Origin: Balanoglossus misakiensis | Taxonomy: Eukaryota > Animalia > Hemichordata | Direction: 5' to 3' | Length of the DNA: 64,000 nucleotides | Assembly (NCBI GenBank): GCA_040954595.2 | Contig: CM082581.2 | Location: forward strand, 14,251,350 to 14,315,349 | Part shown: positions 25,201 to 35,879 of the stretch, in pieces | Layout: each line of letters opens with the position of its first letter | Numbering within the stretch: position 1 is the stretch's first letter | Made by a program: the position numbers and the translations under genes | The notes under the pieces: generated by a model | The model's database searches: none | What the model was told of the DNA's origin: nothing | The model's input: the letters and a program-made list of their open reading frames with translations, nothing else

Positions 25201-28200
25201 CAAACCCGAATTCCTAGAGTTTAGAATATCTTCATCAAGTTTCAAAATATGTTTTAAAAATCACGCTTTGAATATCGAGGTTAATTTCAACAATGTTTGC
25301 CCCAACTCAATAGACAGTAAAATATTCATGTCAAAAGTTGTAGCGGCTTATGTTGCTTAACAGTAATTGTTGGAATTCAAAGGATGCCAGCGAAATCTAC
25401 AAGGCCTTGTAAGTGGAACAACAATTTCATAGAAGCAGTTAATGTGCCTTGAGCGATTCATTGGGTGAAAAATCCCCCCCCCCCCCCCCACAATGCAACG
25501 AATTGTATCGGAGAGGTTTGGAAAAAAGCATTGGTAACTTCTATAAATATCATTGGTTTCTTTTGAAAAGATTTTTAGCCAAAAGGGACCAAAATTGTGA
25601 ACACATGTGAATCTCTATCCACTATATTCTGGAGATCTGGTCAGGACTGAAATACTTGGATAATATGTCTGGGGTTTATAGTACACGCATCTGGGTTATG
25701 AAGTGGGGTTTGTGTCTTACTGTAAATCCACCCACATCCTTGAGAAACAAATCAACCAACCATTAGAGCCATTAATATTTATTGTCTGCCTAAACTACAA
25801 AAAATGCCAAAGACTCAAGTTACAAATATGTCGGATTAACCATTGATTAGCAGAGAAACAAGCTCAACTTTATTTGGCTTAACTTTTTTAAATGATAAAC
25901 ATTGCATTGCAACCAGGAGACTAAGACTAAAATCTGAAGTAGGATTTCTGTTGGAAATCACGTATCCCACAAGCATGCATTTATCCCATGTACCTTTGAA
26001 GGTTAGTGTCTACACAGCAAGTACAATTAAACGTTTATTTGGAATAAAGTTTGTTTCTCTCGATTTCAAGTTTTAATTCAATGTTTGCGTCAGATTATAT
26101 TACTGTTAAACTCAATTCTGTTTACACTCTGACCACAAAGTGCACGCGCCCCAAGCTGGACTGCGTCGCCCGCCCTACATTGAAAATTCCTGTTTGCTAC
26201 TCTATATCCCTATATATATTCATCTGCTTAATGTTTGTAATAATAGCATATGACTTTGATGCGACGGTCTTTTCTGAATGTCGATGATTAAAAACAGATG
26301 CCTCAACACTGTCTTGAAAAGTGTCCTCGTTGATTAAACACAGAGTACTATCCTTGGTTGTCGATTGTGGGTAGCAAAAAAAGGTTACCAAAGAATTACA
26401 TCACTTTGTCCTTTCGCATTAGGTGTTTACTCAAGTGGAATGCTATTTGAGGCACTTTTCGTAAACAGCGGTTATACAACCTTACTATCGCGCATTTTCT
26501 GGTGGATTGATAGACGTGCAAAGCTTTTATGCGGAGGTTTATCCCGCAATATAATTTTTATAAAGAAGTCGTCAATTGCGATTGGCCTCCGGTCGATGTT
26601 ATAATCGTTTAGAAATGAAATAAGTATGACGGTATCTCAACGGCCTTGCCTGCTCTGCGATTTAATTACACAGCTGTTCAGATTCGTGACGCGTCACTCG
26701 CTGTGTTGAGTGGAGTGGACCTCAACTTTAGCGGCACGGCCGTTATGTGCAGTTCGCTATGCTTGTTCGACCAAGAAATATCATTGCAATAAAAAGCTAG
26801 GCTACACTCGACTGTTGTACACGACTGCGATGCATCACACAACTGTTTACTCATTCAGACTCGGACTCAGATTAGGATTCTATGCACGGCATTTGGGATC
26901 CTCATTTTTCTATCCCACTTTTGCATGCTGGGTAATGCAAAGAGACCGCTTCATATGCACCTATTAGGCCATACAAGTTTTATCTGTGCCGCAGCTGAAG
27001 GAAGAAATCAAAAGATAATCGGATTTCTTTGATTAGCGGAACTCTTTTTATTTCTGCATATTAAAAAATGGAAGTTTATCTCAAGCCGATTACCGTCCTT
27101 GCAGAGTAACTGAAGCCTGGCACAGATGATTAAATTTTATTGACAATTTTTCGTCTTTCCCGACAGTACTCCCTTTCTTCCAATGATTAAATCACTCAAT
27201 TGGTGATGGAATTTTAGATGGAGTTAATTGATATTTAAGAGGGTACATTACTTCTGATTTCAAAGGAATTTCTTATAACAGTTCTCTTGAAAGACCGCTC
27301 TGTATCGCTAAATAAAACAGGTAAGTCTTACCTCGGATGGTGACGCTTTCAGGGGCTGAAAAAGCATGCAGTGCAGTGGTCTCAAACATGTAGCCTTGAA
27401 GGCCTGACGTGGCAAAATGAAAACTTGCATACTGGCGAGGTGACTATTTATAGTGACAAAGAAATTTGCATATTGGATAACCACTATGTGCATGTGCACC
27501 TGCATACACAGCCATCCAATCAGAGGGGACTTGCACTTACTAGATATGCCTCTAATAGGCGCCATATTTCACCCGTGACCAAATGTTAATTTTCATGTCA
27601 AGGTTTTGTCCCACGATTCTCCCAAAATAGATTATACTCAGACTGTTGATATCAAATATCCAACTTTCACGAAAGAGAATTCCCGTTTCAATAAATAACA
27701 GCTTCGGGTAACAATTATGTTCGTATATTTCCACCCAAATTAACCTCGTACGGAAGCACATTAAGCTATTAAGTACTCGGATTTACGTTAGCAATGGCTG
27801 GCTTGGCCTGGAAACGACGACTGTCAAGGCAACGCGGAACCTCGAGTGTTTTATCACGGGAAACGTTAACAGTTGGCGGTATTTGAACATCTCTCCAACA
27901 CGGCCGACTTGAGTAGAAATTATAGAGCGTCAGACAATTAAGAACGCCATTACAGCCTCGCCCAGCCACACAAATTGAAATATTGATTCCAATCAACACG
28001 AGTACGTCGGTGTTTGTTTTCGTTTCTTTTCTATGATTTCACACACGAGCAAGACTCGACGATATATTATCTGCTTGTCGGTGTTTTAGTTATGATGTGT
28101 TCATGTATAACAGTTGCGGTTATTGTCAGATGATAAAATTCAAATGGTGATTGAAGGAGAATCTTATATGGGATCGATTACACATGACGTTATCAGCGCT

Positions 28201-31200
28201 ACTGGTGGAAGCGTGAAAACTGGAGATGACACGGTGTGTTCACGCCTACGTAAACTTGAATGTCGTCAGTGGTAATAAGGTTGACACAGGTGATGAAGTG
28301 CCTGGCGCAAGTTCAATAAACACGCGATCTGGAAGACTGCAAAGCGAGGACACTGTTTATTTAGATTTGATGAACGCGCCGGTAACAAGGCGAGTATAAA
28401 CAAAACACGCGACCAGTGTTGAAACACTTTCCCACACGAATGCAATTTAGGTCAGGCCATAGGATTCCCATAGGATGTCTGGCAAATATGGGTAACAGTC
28501 CGTTAATTCAATTACAATGTGCATGCGGAAGCACGTGTGCGCTTTAGCCTAGGTGAATATTTCTAGAAAATTCTCTCCTTTTTGGCCCGGCTGATAAAAC
28601 AGTCATAGTAGATCATATAAGCGTAACGGTAACACTTTTAAGGAAAGGCATACATATTTGAAATTTGAACAAACCGATGGTGTCTTGTTCATTTACTTCA
28701 AACCGGCCGACTCCTCACCCGTAACCAGGGGATACTCGACGCAGAAACAAAGGGAACTAAACGCGATGGGCAGTGCACACTGACATAGTGTACAGGACAT
28801 GATATATATGTTTAGTCAACGGTGCCACTGGCGGAGATGTTTTGGTCGTCACATCTGTGATGTCAACACGTCGACAGATGGGGGTGAAGAAGACAGATCG
28901 GCAATAATTAGATTACTCACTTGGTTTAACATATCAACATCTGACACTATTCAATCATGCATCTAACAATTTGGTGAATTTGGGATATGGGCCGTTTAGA
29001 TCTTAATTTATATGCTTGTACTTTATATAGCTGAGGTTTAAAGGCTATTCATCCGAGGCTACCTCGCTTTGCCATTCTTTTTGCCATATTTGACTGTTTT
29101 CACTCTATCGTGCAATATTTCCGTTACAGATACGAGATCGCGTCCAGCACTGTACATTTTGCTCTACACTTGCCTCGGTCGAGATCTAAAGATCGCATGG
29201 GGTTTTAGGCACGGTCACTCCATCGTGGAGTGACCGTGGTCCTCTACCTATACATAGGCCTACATCACGCAAGTCTAACAATTGTCCTCAGAGAAGCTGT
29301 TCTAGTAACAGGGTTTTCTAATCAGTGACGGTCCTTGTAGTGTTGAATGGCTCATCAGCCGGGATGCGTCGATCTACTTGAACTCCTCCACGCGCTGGTG
29401 TCATCCCGCGCGTAATGTGCCGTGGAACATCTATGATCTGGACAGGATCACGTCATTCATTAAAACACGTGAAGTCTTCCGACTTTGGAGAGGGCCACTT
29501 TGGATCAAAAGCCATCTTTCGTAATCATGACAATGTCACGTTTCGCTTCTGTATTAACGTCGGTAAATCAGTTTCTTTCAGACAAAAATAATCATGCACG
29601 AAAGCTTACAGGGATCACTACAAACGAAGACTAGGTTTCTCGCGTTTGTATCTTCATGGCAACTGGTTAAGTTCTGCAATAAAACAGGCGGGACTTTGTA
29701 CGATAGTTTGAGACCGGCTTTATCCAAGAAGGATCTATCACTGGAAGTTGGTAATAGGGGGAGTGTGGGATATATGCCTAAATTTAGAATTAAGCGAGTT
29801 CAGGCTTTGTAATCACAGCGCTATAGGTTTAGTCCTCCTTTCCCACAAACATGACAGTGCTTATACTGTTGACCCTTCACCTTTCTTTTCACAAACCCTT
29901 GTAAGTATATTAAATTATCGCCAACTTTATCGGGGTCTAATTTGTCACACTCTGCAGCTTTTAACTGCCGACACAGTTTTTGAGTAACCCTTACTACGCC
30001 CTCCCTTTCCCCGGTGGCTATCTGGGGGTCATCGGAGGTCGTTTGAATATCAGGGTCGCCATGGCAATACGTCACAATATATGAGTTCTGTGGTACAATC
30101 AGTTGACTCCCAGTAGGGAATGCAGGGCAGTTTGGGAAGGCTGTGCGTGTATATGTTATGGATAATTCGCCACGGTAAAAACCACGTGTCATGCCATTAA
30201 AACTGTTAGATTAATGTGGGAAACCACATTACCACCCACAGCAGTTTAATTCATCCTGGGAATGTTGTTTTTTCAAGAGTGTCCGGTTCATTCTATCCAC
30301 GGGATAAATTCTCATGATTTATCGGTGTTTTTTGCAAAATTTCTTTTTTTCGAAATATTGGTGAGTTCAAACCATGTATGCGATTCTGCTTTGACAATAT
30401 AGACAAAACTATACATGCCGAATGATAGGACACTGTACCTCACACAGAACTTCGGCGTTTTCATTCGAAAGTTTCCCATACTCTTCTGATCCACGATGAT
30501 TCGCGGCGATTTTACGATTTAAGCTTTGGCTCGTGTATGCCTACACTGTTTTGATGGTGTGTCCGATCTTTGTTTCCATCGCTTGATCGACTCGTCCCAA
30601 GGTTAAACATGAAATTAATAACCGGTGGTTGCATACGTCGAATCGGTTGCTAACAGTAACGAATGCGCTCACGCATGTATACAGCGGTATCGATAGCGCG
30701 TGTATTTGTACCGAATAATTGTAGTTGCTCCTAACGATGCCGTTATGGTTGGATTCAACGAACCTATGCGATCGCACCCAGCAACATTATCTACGTAAAT
30801 GGGCAATAAAATCATCGGCCGCAGGGTCGCTGTCTGGAGGCGGGCACCCGTTCTTCTCCATTCCGACAAAAAGTATCCCGCTGTCTTGTAGACAAAGAGC
30901 GACAAAAACACTCGTAAACAACACCTGTCTTTGAAACAGAGGCTCCCCCCCCCCCGAGAATGTCAAGAAACTGGTATATTTGGTATCAATGGTTGCGGAA
31001 AAAGCCTAGTGTTAAAAATCAATCTAAAATTCGCCGTTCATCGCTTTAATCGGGCTACGGTCGTGTAGCAACAAAACGCTGATCTCGTTATTTTGAAAAG
31101 CTATAACAGTAGGCCCTATTGATGCATGGCAGTGCCTAGGTCTCTACAGCAAGGCCTGGCTCTATCATCTCAAATGTTTTCGAGAAATGCTATCCTGGCA

Positions 31201-33104
31201 GAACTGTGACAGAGGTATGCCGTACACGTCATAGGCCCGAGATACGAGACAAGAGTGAAATTTTAGATGTAATTAATTTTGTCCGACAGCCGGTCGCAGC
31301 GTTACAGCCACTGAACGTGTAATGAGGACCAGACGCTAAGTTAAATTTAACGATATTTCTACAATATATACGGAAGATATACCAGCGTATATCTTCAAGA
31401 CTTAGACAACCCGACTTCGTGCATACCAAATAATATCATGATAACCCACTTCAATGTCACGTATTTTAGCAGACCGCTTTCATCAACAAATTCTGGTATC
31501 GCCGTATGCCTTAGTCAGGACCTTGTAATAAAGTGGAAAATAGAGTTGACACTGAACTGTAACCTAACATCACAAGCCCGAATTTCTCCAACTTGTTTCT
31601 GTGGATTTAAGATGTCATTGTTTGCAAAGTAGAGGTTGTAATGTAAAAAGGCGACGTGTGCGATTTATCTATCAGAGTATACGATGAAGTCGGATCGTAG
31701 ACTCAATTTGTCCCCGATCCAGCCCACGCATGCACTTATAGTTGTAACTGGGCTGAACATAAGTTTTCGCTCGTGTCTGACAGATAAGCGTAGTACCGTA
31801 TCGTAAATAATACATGTAGGCTAAAGGGAACGTTAGAATATTGACTCGTATAGCACAAATCTGGTTCGTTCTCTGAACTTGCAGGCATGGTATCATGATT
31901 GGAAGTATTTTTAGAATTTCGATTTCTGGCTGTGCGAAGCTGAACTACGAGAAGCAGGCAGAAATCACGATTTTAGACTAATCCCACTGCGTATTGCGTG
32001 CTCTTTCGTTGATGGTACGCATGGAAGTGTCTCCATTCTATAAAAAGAACTCGATTGTCGATGGACTAAAACAGACTGGCCGGAACTGCATGGAAATATT
32101 AGTCCTATATGAGCATGGGATATCGGTAACACTTCATCTGAAAGATGAAGTCTGGTGTGTATATTCTTCATATTCTGGAATAACCAGAATATGGCGCGAA
32201 TTCCCGCGAGTGGGCAATTTCTCGCTAGTTTGTTATTTCCGAAAAAAAAATGGTGTCGGGTCAAGTGTACGCTGTTTTGACATCGGGAATGGCGTTGTGG
32301 CGTACAAAAATCACTCGATGACGTCTACACGTTTTACCAAATACAATGAATCGCACTCAAGAGGAAATAAAAATGTTCGCACTTACTTCGAGAAATTTTT
32401 TTGGCTTCTCTCATGATCTCTCCGGCCCTGCTGGGGGATAATTCGCGGCTAAAGTAAAACACGCCGGACACGTACATCCCTGAATACTTGAGATCGTGTT
32501 CAATCCAAGCGGCCATTTCTGCGTAGATGCTTTCCTCTTCCGTGATGATAGCCGCCGTGTTCCAACCGAACTGCTCCATTATGGTGACCGAGAGGGGAGA
32601 CCACTTGTACAGAGGATCCATGGTTTTGGACGTGAACGGATGCAGAGTTTTGTTGGAAATGGTGTTCTCTTCTACACAGAACCAGGACGTCATGACCAGG
32701 TCCCAGTACGAGTTCAACGCCGACACAATGGCGCAGGGCGACGAACAGGGAGGACCCATCATAGCATCGATTTCGTGAGCCATGATGAGCTCAATGGCTT
32801 TACCTAAAGATTCGCTGCTGTCACACTTGCTGTCTCGCATCTCGTAGCTTATAGAGTGGTTTCCGATGATGCCCTCGGCGTGGATCTGTTCCAGCGCCAT
32901 GGGTACGGCGCTTGCTGTCCTCGGTCCCAAGCAGTGGTAGCCAGACGGTGTCTCGGAGGCGTTCCATGGCAGTTCCCATCCAAGCTTGAAATTCCTTGCC
33001 GTCGTCCGTTGTATGCCAAGCAACAAAAATGTACAAAATGCGATGAAATTTAAAATTTTTACACTCGTTGTTTTCACAATCAATGGTCTACCTGTGAACC
33101 CCAT
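10263..33104 (-). CDS. Receptor (transmembrane) guanylyl cyclase, natriuretic-peptide-receptor-like, ~1203 aa
   Basis: 19 coding exons with consistent phases: 33104-32387, 21264-21036, 20916-20823, 20701-20566, 20398-20328, 20195-20039, 19807-19732 (TM), 19484-19379, 18780-18577, 18393-18205, 18031-17863, 17522-17376, 16939-16756, 16063-15923, 14801-14609, 14236-14062, 13410-13220, 12742-12645 and 10596-10263. Domains: ANF-receptor ectodomain ([19 protein letters not shown]), kinase-homology domain ([20 protein letters not shown]), coiled coil ([19 protein letters not shown]) and cyclase ([27 protein letters not shown]). The GTP-specifying Glu and Cys are intact. Confidence 0.95.
16488..16659. 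mobile_element. Degenerate MITE-like element in a guanylyl cyclase intron
   Basis: Imperfect terminal inverted repeats: AGGAGAACCGTTCGTTTTCGG ... CCGAAATAGAATGGTTCTTCCCTTA. Confidence 0.4.
29210..29238. repeat. Perfect 13-bp hairpin, possibly the end of a Helitron/Helentron-type element
   Basis: CACGGTCACTCCA-TCG-TGGAGTGACCGTG, followed by GTCCTCTA. Confidence 0.5.
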
Positions 33105-35385
33105 GCGGACAAACTATGTGATTGTACTGCGTCGATAAATGTCTGAGTTGCCCGGTTGATGTTATTGGCTTGTCGGGGTTACCTGAACAGCATCGATGAT
33201 CCCAACTATAAAATCATTAAGTTAAGCTCATAACGCCCCAAACAACAACAAAATGCACGCTGTTTCTGTACACCTAACGTCGGCCCGGGGTTTGCTGTTC
33301 AAATGCAACCCAATCAGAACTGCGAAATAACCCTTGAAAGCACTCGAATTTGGGAAAGAGATTGTTCGTCGTTAGCGGAGAAGACAAGTGCCCGGTCATA
33401 AAACTGTCCCGAAAAGACGCAGCCGGCTTGATTGCTATGGCACTGCCCGTACATCAGATCCTCACATGTGGGCTCGCCAGATTTGTGCATGTAGCCTGTA
33501 TCCCAGCCCGGCATTCGCGCGATCAACAAGATTTACGCAGCTATCGATTATTGGACAACAGAAGTTCCCAAACAAACACACGCCAATAATCTCCGACTCT
33601 TCGTTGCAACCCGGAGACAAGAAATGAACGCCCTCAAATATTAACTAATAGTCGTATGCGAACATTTGAAATAGCGCAAGGCGACGTCTGATCGAGAAAC
33701 GTCCACATGAGACGCTTAAAACGTGCAGCAAACTTCTACTGGTGACCGCACCATACTGTTTCTCGGGGAGAGCAAAGCGCGAAATGCCATGTCGAGCGCT
33801 GTTTTATCACCAATAATATTAATACGTATCGCTTGGGGTCTGAATCACATGCGCAAATGTCAACTCACGCAGATAAGCTTATGTCAGGCAAGCTAGACGA
33901 AGGCATTGCACATTCTCGCTAGTTTATTTGCCCTTTGGCGCTGTCTTTGGATTTATTTAGGTCTTATATCATGCAGGCTGTCATACACTCAAGTTGTACA
34001 TATCTAGAGGGTGTAACACTACCATCTCCATCAGCGGGCACATCTTACATCCCCGTTCACCCAACTTTTCCAAACCAGGGGCCGACCCTTTTGTAAACGA
34101 ACGCCCACATTATAAACCTTTTCTGGATGTGATCAATGGTGATTGGGTAATAATTGCGTTTCGGTGAAATTGTACATGTAATGTAGACTTAAATTACGCG
34201 ATGAAAATAATACCAAGCACGCACATTGAAAGAAGGCAAATGTGCGACATTAAAATAGTTTTCAGGTCACAACCAACAACCTTGACATTTCAAACAGTCA
34301 TGACATTGTCAGATTAAAGGCATATCTCAAGTTGTGGAGGGTTTTGTTTAAGGTGCACAGGTCTATATAACCTTTGACAGTTGCGAACCAACCCGTTGGT
34401 TTTAATAAAGTCGCTTTGCGATTGTACAAATACATTTGACATGACACTATCGATTCTCAGATAAATCTTGAGCTCGCAGTGCCAAGCTGTGTATTCAACA
34501 GTCTATTTTTCTGATAACCGTCCAAATATCTGTCAAGTGGTTTGAACGTCCTGCATTTTTGCATGCTGCCTTTAGTGTCAGAATGAAAATTAGTTCGCGT
34601 TACTGGGTTTTGTTAACAGCTGAAAGGTGTGGCGCACTTCGGTTTTGCTCAAAGCTTGCTGCGCTAGGCCCGGGAACTTGTTCTGTCAATAATACCCGCT
34701 TGAACAATGCGCTTTTGATGTGTATAACATGCCTACATATGCAGGTGCGTGACATGCCTACCCATGCAGGTTATAGCATGGCGCGATCTTCTTTGACAAT
34801 GAACAGAACAATAGAAAGTGATGTGTGGGACTCGTTGTCACTTTCCCTCATGTCCAGTTTATCACCTGTGATTGGAAGCATAGTTGTTTGCCGTACGTAT
34901 AGCCTTTGGCATGGGGGATGTGGGGATATCTACGTATGGCAACGCGCTGATGATATACCTCGTCACAAGAGACTGTCAGGAAATAGTCTTTGCATGACAG
35001 TGCAGTTGTCTGAGGACAGGGAGGAGCGGAGATATGATCGACGAACGAAGCTGGATAAATCACACCCGACGTATAGAGGGCGCAATTTATGTTTGTTTGT
35101 ACCAGCTGGCGTTGCGTCAGCAATATCTACCTCAAATGTTGAGTGTACAGGAAAACAGGGAAAAACACAATACATACCACTGATTTAACAGATAACAGGT
35201 TACTTTGTCCGTTTTTTTATGAATATAAACCGTTTTTCTGAAGTGTAATTTTGTGAGTCCTACTGGAGTAGCGTAAACACGAAAAGGTCATCAAACTATT
35301 CTCACTGTACATGCTTGGCTGGTACCCTGCCTCGGTGACAAACACCAAAGAGGCGTCTATCTTCGTGACGCGTCTTTTTGCCAAG

Positions 35386-35530
35386 TCACGTGAGACGCAG
35401 TGTTCAGCGAACTAAAAGGAAAGCGTCCGTCAGGTACGGGCGCCATCTTGGCCTAAAACCTGGCATACATTATTATAATGAAAAATACCACGTGATCATA
35501 AGCAAGATGGATGCGTGACCTTAGAGGTCA
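35386..35530. promoter_or_regulatory. Likely TRNT1 promoter cluster (shared divergent region with the guanylyl cyclase gene)
   Basis: CpG-rich patch with E-boxes (GTCACGTGA ~35385; CACGTG ~35490), YY1-type CGCCATCTT (35441-35449) and CAAGATGG (~35503), and an everted TGACCT-tag-AGGTCA (35516-35530). Confidence 0.45.
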
Positions 35531-35879
35531 AAGTGATTGCATCATGACATGTGACAGCAAAAGGAATTCCCCCAACACATCATGAACATGGTGTTGGTGG
35601 CCTGAGAGAAGCGCTTGAGGTACGACGTGCGTTTTGAAAATGTTAAGTGCTCTTTACGTGTACGCTGTGACGAACTTTTCATGTTATAAGTTCTGGCATC
35701 GAAATATCGTGGTTTGATCAAATAAATCTCTTTCTTCACATCCACAGCATAGTTGCACTTTCGTTTCGCAGCTCAGCATAGCAACGTTGGGATTCACTGG
35801 GTATCAAATGATTTCATCATCTTCATGATCTTTGGAAACCAGTGCTGCCTGCAAGAGGGGTGCAATACACTATTGACAG

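Noticed and set aside
29821-30192. 123-aa minus-strand ORF ending in a CHVC motif, inside the guanylyl cyclase intron
   Set aside because: No recognisable domain, no convincing splice sites and no full zinc-finger pattern; likely chance.
34559-35188. 209-aa ORF between the guanylyl cyclase gene and TRNT1
   Set aside because: Starts at TTG, has random-looking composition and no recognisable homology; lies in a promoter/UTR region.
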